Source: Setoptus koraiensis (Eukaryota; Animalia; Arthropoda). Taken from it: DNA of 64,000 bases. The position numbers and the translations under genes are program-made. The first letter of the stretch is position 1. Each line of letters starts with the position of its first letter. This document shows, piece by piece, positions 12,901 to 21,900 of this stretch. Where the stretch lies: assembly GCA_048013815.1 (NCBI GenBank), contig CM106586.1, positions 14,384,001-14,448,000 of the forward strand, given 5' to 3'. The notes below the pieces were generated by a model. It did not search any database. It saw nothing but the letters and a program-made list of their open reading frames with translations, and was not told the DNA's origin.

Positions 12901-15900
12901 TAGACAAATGTTTCATCTCCTGTTGAGGTGCTATAATGGTGTCGGTGAACTCATTGAGGCATTAAACAATTCTTACGTGATTGGCGAGAAATCCAAGAAT
13001 GACGTGGTAGAATTGTTGCAAGTTCTTGGAAAAGTTCGGGCCTTGTTAGCGGTACAAATGGGCCCATCCGAAGAGGAGGTTATGAGAGATTGTTTATGGA
13101 CACTGGTGAATAATGTTGTATTCTTTCAACATCCGGATCTCATACGCATATTGCGCGTTCATGAGAATGTTATGCACGTCATGATGAATACATTGAGTAA
13201 ACGATCACGGGCAGCTCAGAGTGCCGTCTCAAGCGCCGTGGCGCCGGACAATCAGCAACACCAAAGACAGCAGAGAGTTCAATCAGTTTCCGGTCCTATT
13301 GTAAACGTTCTAGGAGCGACAGCAACGCTAGAGGTGAACGAGGATGACCAGCAAGACGATATATCTAAAATGGTGGTGTCTTGTTGCAGATTTTTGTGTT
13401 TCTTTTGCAGATCAAGTGCAAAAAATCAGAAAGCTATGTTCGAACATCTGGGCTTCTTGCTGGAGAATAGTAATATATTGTTGTCCAGGCCCTCTTTGCG
13501 CGGATCAACACCATTGGATGTGGCTTATTCATCCTTGATGGAAAATCATGAACTGGTATTGGCACTCAGAGAATCCTATTTAGAAAAGATCGCCATTTAT
13601 CTATCAAGATGTGGTTTGCAATCCAATCAAGAGCTCATGGACAAAGGCTATCCAGACGTTGGCTGGGATCCCGTTGAGGGCGAAAGATATTTAGACTTTT
13701 TGCGCTTCTGTGTCTGGGTCAATGGTGAGAGTGTTGAGGAGAACTCAAATTTGGTTATCAGACTGCTAATAAGGCGACCCGAGTGCCTCGGGCCGGCACT
13801 CAGAGGAGAGGGCCCGGGTTTGCTGGCCGCCATCAAGGAGGCAATTGCCATGTCGGACTCTATTCAATCTGAGAGAAGAGAGACGTCCATCATGAATGCG
13901 GCTCACACCGCACAGGCCCAAACAACGGGCGACGACGTCGGTCAAGACGGAAATCAAGATGACGAAGATTATATAAATTTGGGCAGTGCCATATTGAATT
14001 TCTATTGTGCTCTTGTGGACTTGCTAGGCAGATGCGCGCCAGAATTATCCACAATAGCTCAAGGTAAACATGAATCAATCAGAGCCCGATCCATTTTGAA
14101 ATCACTGGTTCCATTGCAGGATTTAAAGGGTGCCATTTCGCTCAAATTCTCACTGGTCAACCCTCAGTATGCATCCAATCAAGATCAGGCAATTTTGTCG
14201 TTCTCGTCGAGCTTTATGCCCAATCACAAACAATCGTTGGTTTTGTTTCTGGAGAGAGTGTATGGAATTGAGAATCAGGAAACGTTCTTTTCATTGCTCG
14301 AGGAGGGCTTCTTACCGGATATGCGAGCAGCCACTATGTTGGAGAGGTGTGTTGCAAGCGGCGTGTCAGCCAGTGATGCAACAAATCACTTTGCAAGTGA
14401 GTCGGCTCAAGCAAAAGGCGATACGTCTGGCGGCGACGACAATGACGACTCGCCAGAAAACGAAATGACTCTTGCACTCAATCGATATTTGGGCAACTCC
14501 GCAATACCGTTGCTCATAAAGGAGAGCCATTATTTCAAGAATGCCCAAAATTACGCCAATCTCATGGAGCCCACTTTGCACACTGTTTACAGATTGTCCA
14601 AAGTGAAGATATTGACCAAGGGCCAAAGAGAGAGCGTGTCGGATTTTCTTGTGGCACTCACGCGAGAAATGCAACCAAGCCAATTGTTGAAACTGTTGAG
14701 AAAACTCACAGTGGACGTTTCCGTGTTGAACGAATCAACAACGGTGGCCCTGAGACTGCTGACGCTGCATTATGAGCGTTGCAGCAAATACTATGGATAC
14801 TCGGGCAGCGCCCAAGCGTCTGCTTCCGGTGTCTACGGAACGGCCAGCGAGGAGGAACGTCGATTGACGATGGTCCTATTCACAAACATATTTGATTCGT
14901 TGTCGCGCATGGATTACGATCCGGAATTGTTTGAGAATGCGCTCCCGTGTCTCAATGCCATTGCCTGTGCACTGCCGCCGGATTACACTTTGACACAATC
15001 GAAGGATTCGGACGGTCAGACGGGAGGCGGCAAGCTGGGCAGCGGCTTCTCTGCAAACACAAGTCAATCACACAGCCAGGCTCAGCAAGCGGCCAGCAAC
15101 TCGGGCGCCATGAGTGTGGGCCCCTACATACCCGATCCAGTTGACACTAGGCACGTTCAATTGAACAATGATCTGCGTCAATTGGCGCAACGATTCTCTG
15201 AGCATTTTCATGATGCTTGGGCCAGCCGTAAATTTGATCGTGATTGGAGCTATGGCGAAAGTTACAATTGGGACCACAAAACGCACCCCAGATTGAGGCC
15301 ATACTCTTTGTTGACGCACAGAGAAAAAGAGAGATACATTGAGCCCATTGAGGAGGCACTGAAGGCCCTGTTGTCCATGGGCTGGAATATAGACAGGCAG
15401 CAGGAGCAACAGGCCAGCAACAGTAGTAATAGCAGCCAGCAGCAGCAACAACAGTTACATTCCTCAGCATCTTCGTCTACCCTATCAAGAAGTCTTTCAT
15501 TGCGAGCCAACGATAATACGTCGTCCTCTACTCAACAGCAACAGGAACTCATACAAAACTATAATCCCCAGCCTGTTGATACGTCCAATTTGAGCCTGAC
15601 GAGAGAATTGCAAAATCTTGCCGAACGCTCCTCGGAGAACGCTCACGATTTGTGGGCGAAAAAGATCATCGAAGACAATGAACTGAAACAGAGGAACTCG
15701 TCGAACAGTCCAATATTCTTGTTGCATCCACAGATGGTGCCCTATGATTTGTTGACCGACAAAGAGAAACGAAAGAATCGCATGCGATCACAGGAATTGC
15801 TCAAATTTATGCTGTTCGAGGGATACAAAATCTACAAATTGGACGAACAGCAGCAGCACCAACTGCAACAGCAACAGTATCAGAGGGGCCGCATCAACAG

Positions 15901-18900
15901 TCGGGCCGGAAGCGAATACAATTACAATCTGCTCGAGGGCCAACAGACACAAGCTTCCAAGAGGCGCCGATTTGCCTATTCCATTTTGGAGAAATTGATT
16001 TCTTACACGGACACAGTGATAGTGAAATTGGAGCTCCTGAAGCCATCGTCAAATTTCAGCCGGCGAAGTTCATTCAAGCAATCGGACCGAGACGTGAAAT
16101 TCTTCAGCAAGGTAGTTTTACCTCTAATTGAGCGCTATTTTACGGCACACAGAGAGTTCTTTCTCGTATACAATGGAATAGCCAGCCAGTCAGGCGGACC
16201 CTCGTCTGGCGGTGCGGCCAGCGGTGTCACGGGTGGACCTGCGGGCAGCTCACCATCCAATGTTTCGCCCACCAATGTGGGAGCCGTCAAGGATTCAGCT
16301 AACGCGGAGACCGCAGTCAACGAGGCCATACCGTCCGCCAGAGGCGGAGGTTGCGCCTCTATAAGCGAAAAAGAGATGCTGGCAACGTTGTTCTGTAAAT
16401 TGGCCTCTATATTGCGCAACAAGCTATCTGTCATTGGACCGGATGCTAAGATTTTGGTGCGCTGCCTTCAAGTGCTGACAAGAGCCACCGATGGCAGATC
16501 CCTGAGCGAACAATCGCCAGATTTTGTCAAGACCTCAATGTTGACATTCTTTAGCAAGACTGCTCAAGATCTCACTCAGTGTGTGAGCAATTTACAAATG
16601 AAACGTTACAATTATGTCAGAGGAACAACCATGCGAACGTCAACATCATTGTATTACATACATTTGTGCGTTTTGCCTACGTTGACCGCACTTTTTGACC
16701 ATTTGGCCACTTCAGAGTTTGGTCGCTATCTGCTGTTGGACGACATACAAATAGCGTGTCATAAGATATTGTTTAGCTTATATACGCTCGGTACGAAGAT
16801 AAGTTTAGCCGGCGATCACTCGTACAGTCAGCGAGAGCTTGAACGTCATCGGCCCGCCTATGGAAATTGTTTGGCGGCCTTCGCTTCCGCCTTTCCAATC
16901 GCCTTTCTCGAGATGGAATTATCGCGATTCAACAGGTACTCTTGCAACAATTCAAAGATACACAGATCTATGGTGGACACACCGGCGGCCACGCTCAGTC
17001 CCGCCAGAGCCGCCTCGGGCAGTGAGACCGGTCAGAAGCTGTCGAGTTCCGGCCTTGCATCTAGTGAGCCCGTGGCTGGCCCTCAATCGAATGTGTCGGC
17101 ACAAATGTTGCCGAAATTCGCTGAATTAATGAGTCTAATTAACAAATTTGTAACGAGCGGCAAATTGCCTCGCTCTAACATAACGGCCAGGAGCAGTACT
17201 AGCGGTGTCCCGGGCGGACAATCGGGACTGTCGTCCAATTCGAAGGGGGGCCAATCGGCTCTGCTTGTGGACAACGACGCAGCCATTGTGGACGTTGTTG
17301 TGCCCATGCTGTGCTCATATCTGCCGTTTTGGTATTTCCAGGGGCCCGAATCACAAAGTGCCTCGTCGCTGGTGGGCGCAGGCTCGGGCAGCACCAACGT
17401 GTGCAGTAATCATCTCAACGATTTGGCCAAGAATGTCATCGATCTAATCAAGCGACAAGTGGGCATTGATGATGGCATAGGTTCCAATTGGATGGTCACA
17501 ATAGCCGCGCATGCATCACAGATAATCGTTGATACACGCGAGGATCCTCTCTTGACCGAGTCTATACTGCCGTTGTCTACCAAAATAACGCAACGCGCTG
17601 AGGCCATCTATCATCGCGAAGAGCTCATGAGGGGCTATCTCAAATCCGCCGCTGAGGACACCACAGCCATTGAGGAGAAAATCCAGGAGGAATTCCACGT
17701 TCTGGTGCGCGATATATACGCCTTTTATCCGCTGCTCATCAAATACGCCGACTACAAGCGCTCCAAATGGCTGAAACAGCGCACCTCCGGAGCCCAGGCA
17801 TCGGCTTACATTGACTCGGCTGGAAACAGCGACGGCGAGATGCATCAAATAAATGCCAATGAGCCTATGGACACTGGCGATGGTCGACGCAACAGCAGGA
17901 ATGGGGGACCCGAACAGTTGCTGTTCCAGCATGTGGCCACCATATTTGACATCTGGTCGAACAGTCAATATTTCCGGAGAGAAGAGCAAAATTTCATATC
18001 GCAACACGAAATCGACAACATGGCCTTGATAATGCCATCGTCCAATCGGCCAGGCAGAATATTCTTTCAAAAATCGGACCCTCTTCAAATACAGAACACT
18101 AACAAGCGCAAAAATAAGCGGCGCGCCAGCGAAAAGAAGGATCGCGACAAAGAGATAGCATCGTCGTTGTTAGTGGTGGCGCTAAAACGCTTGTTGCCAG
18201 TGGGAATGAGTTTGTTCGCCGGAAGAGAGCGCGAACTAGTTCAGCACACCAAAGAGAGATTCCTCAAAAAGGAGCCCTATTCGAGCATCTATGATTTTGT
18301 TAAAATTCAGCTCATTCTACCCAATCAGGTGGATCCCTCGGACGAGTTCTGTTGGCAACACTATCTCTATTCGAGGTTGGGCGGCCTGGAGTCTAGCGGA
18401 CCCAATCAAACGGCGAGCGGAATGGCCCTGAAAGCGGGCCCCGATAGTCACAAGAGTCTGTCGTTGGCTAATCAGTCATCATCGAACAGTTACGGCGATG
18501 GGTCGGACTATGACTCGTTGCCATCGGGCGGCCCCGACGACCGGGTTATTGGTCGCATCATAGACATGGCGAGGGTTTTCTACGGTCTGCATATAATTGA
18601 CCATCCCAATTTGCAGCAAAAGGCCAGCCGTAGGTCGTGTGTATCAACGCAACGTAGACGCGTTGTTATAGCCTGTTTCCGGATGACATCGTTGCACAGT
18701 CTGCCCAAACATCGTGCCATAAACACATTCTTGAAATCTTATTGCGAAACTTGGTTGGTAGAGGAAAACTATGGCCAAGAGAAACTAATTGAGGACCTCA
18801 CTCATACGTTCGAACAGGCCGAACAAAAAAAAGTGAATGAGGAAATAGTCGAGTATAGACACGATCCCTTAAATCAACTGATAACCACTCTGTCGCGTCA

Positions 18901-21900
18901 AGCCACAACAGAACATGGCGGCTCGTCGGCGTCCGGTCGAGCGGGCAACAATGGCGTCGATCAATTATATATGCAATTTGCCGATATATTCAGAGCAAGC
19001 TGCGGTGGCGACGAAGAGGAAGACGACGACGGTCAAGGCGATGAGAGTGGCGGCAGTGGTGGTGGTGGTGGTAGTGGTGGCACAACCGACGACGCAGGTA
19101 ACGGTGCAGACGGGGACGAGGACGACAACCCCAGAGAGAACGGATCGGATGCGGCCGCATCGACATTGTCAATCCATGAGCAGGAAATCGAGAAACAACG
19201 GCTTCTGTTCCAGCAATCGCGCCTGGCCGACAGAGGAGTAGCCGAAATGATACTACTTTATATATCCGCCTACAGCAGGTACCAAAGTGGGGCCGGCAGC
19301 GGCGGCGCAAGCAACTCTAATCAGCACAGGACCCCTGAAATTTTGAACACACTTAAGCTGGGCATATCTATATTGCGCGGCGGCAACACCGAGGTGCAGA
19401 GGCGCATGCTTAAACATTTGAAGGACAAAAAAGACGTCGGTTTCTTCATATCAATTCAGAGCCTCATGAACTCGTGTTCTGTGCTAGATTTGGACGCCTT
19501 CGAACGCAATCAAAAGGCCGAAGCTCTGGGCGTCCGATCCGAGGGTACGGCCAGCGAAAAGAATATGCACGACGCCGAGCTAACATGCAAGCTGTTTCGC
19601 TTCTTCCAGTTGCTCTGCGAGGGCCACAATCTAGAATTTCAAAATTATCTCCGAACTCAAGCGGGAAACACAACAACTGTCAACGTTGTCATTTCCACCG
19701 TCGACTACTTGTTGCGCCTACAAGAGTCCATAATGGACTTCTATTGGCACTATTCCTCCAAGGACGTCATCGATCCGTCCGGCACTGAGAACTTCATCAA
19801 GGCAATCACAATAGCCAAGCAAGTGTTCAACACCCTCACCGAGTCTATCCAGGGTCCGTGTTCGCAAAATCAGCAAGCTCTGGCGCATAGTAGATTGTGG
19901 CACGCGGTTGGTGGTTTTCTGTTCTTGTTTGCGCACATGCAAGATAAACTGTCGCGTAATTCCTCTCAATTGGGTCTATTGATTGAGTTGTTGGATTTGC
20001 AAAAAGAAATGGTCATCATGATGTTGAGTATGCTAGAAGGAAACGTTGTCAATGGAACTATCGGTAAACAGATGCTGGATCTACTGGTGGAGGCATCGGC
20101 GAACGTCGAGATAATACTCAAGTTCTTTGACATGTTTCTAAAATTGCCTAGACTGACTTCGTCGGCCAACTTCCAAGAGTACGATAAGACCGGCTCGGGC
20201 TGGATCTCTGCCCCGGACCTGAAAAAGGCAATGGAACAACACAAGATTTACACGCCCGAAGAGACGCAATATTTGTTGTCGTGCTGCGAACCAAACCACG
20301 ACGGCATGATTGATTACAGGGAATTTATTGATCGTTTTCATCAGCCTGTCAAAGATATTGGCTTCAATTTAGCGGTGCTATTGACAAATCTTGCCGAGCA
20401 CATGACCAATGAGCCAAGATTGCAGCGTTTCCTTGAGACAGCTAGCACTGTCCTCAATTACTTTGAGCCCTATTTGGGTCGTATAGAGATAATGGGCAGC
20501 TCAAAGAGAATTGAGCGTGTCTATTTCGAAATTAAGGAATCGACAATCAATCAATGGGGAAAGCCACAGATCCAAGAATCGAAGCGCGCCTTCTTCTATT
20601 CAATAGTGACAGAGGGCGATGGAAAAGAGAAACTGGAGGCCTTTGTGAATTTCTGCGAGGACACCATTTTCGAGATGCAACACGCCTCAAACATATTGGG
20701 CGAAGAGGAAGAGGAGGCGCCAACAAAGGCCAAAGAGTATCCATTTGCGGGCGGCTCCACAGCTCCGGTCGATGCTGCCAATTCTGTTGGCGGAGGCTCG
20801 AAAGAAGGCTCCATCGGCAGGACGTGCTGGTCACTGTTTAAGAATGGAGTGATATTATTGTTCACATTCATTATCAACATATTGTCTCAATTGCAACCAT
20901 CACGAATAAGAAGACGTTACTACATGCTCAGGTCCATGACTTACGCTCAACTGTTGGCAGGATTTTTTAAGCTTCTATTCCGAATGATGGCCTTTTGCGT
21001 AAGATCGTCGTTCTATTCAACATATGCCACGCTCAGGTTTATCTTTCACATCATGGTCAATGACTCCACTGTGGTGAACAATAGTCCGATTCAGGATCAA
21101 CAATCTGGCCGGTATGGCCAATTGAGGAAACCACACACAGATTATAGTGGCCAGATAGCCGGTCAACAACGTGCGATGGCCTCTGCAGGCGCTAGCGCGG
21201 GAACTTCTTCCACTATGATGGGCCTTGGCGGTTACGACAACGACACAAATCTCAAAGGTGGTGCCACGGTGAATGGGTCCTCCGGACCAGCGACATTAGA
21301 TCAGATTAGCACCGATGGTACATTCAGACGAGAGATCATAACAGAGCCAACGGTGATGAAAGTATCCGCGACAGAAGTAACACAAACAACCACAGGTCAC
21401 CTGGCCGCTTCTCAACAGGTTGGCATATCAAGTATGGCGTCTGGGGTGGCTGGCGAAGACGGAGAACTGGCAATGCAAGCTGGCCAGGTTCCGGTGTCGC
21501 TTGACATCAACAGAAACAAACAACAAGAGGCAGAGGCGAGCTCAAGTGGTGGCTCCTACATGGACATTCTACTGTCAAAGCCTGTACCTACGAGTGGCCA
21601 ATTGGTAGATGAGTCACAAATGCTGGAATATATGAACAGCAACCAATCTCCGATCATAACAAACGGTGATGTAACCCCGGGCGATGCAACAAACGGAGCG
21701 AGGGGCCCTACTTTTATTAGAGCGTCGCAATTGTTTTGCTACAATCAAAAGATAATCAGCTTTTTGGCTAGAAACTTTTATAGAATTAAGCTGTTGGCTC
21801 TAGTGACAGCGTTTGTTATTAATTTCATTCTATTGTTTTACAAAGTGTCAACATCTTCCGTTCCGTGGCAAGACAATGGCGGTTTGGCCACAGACAGCGA

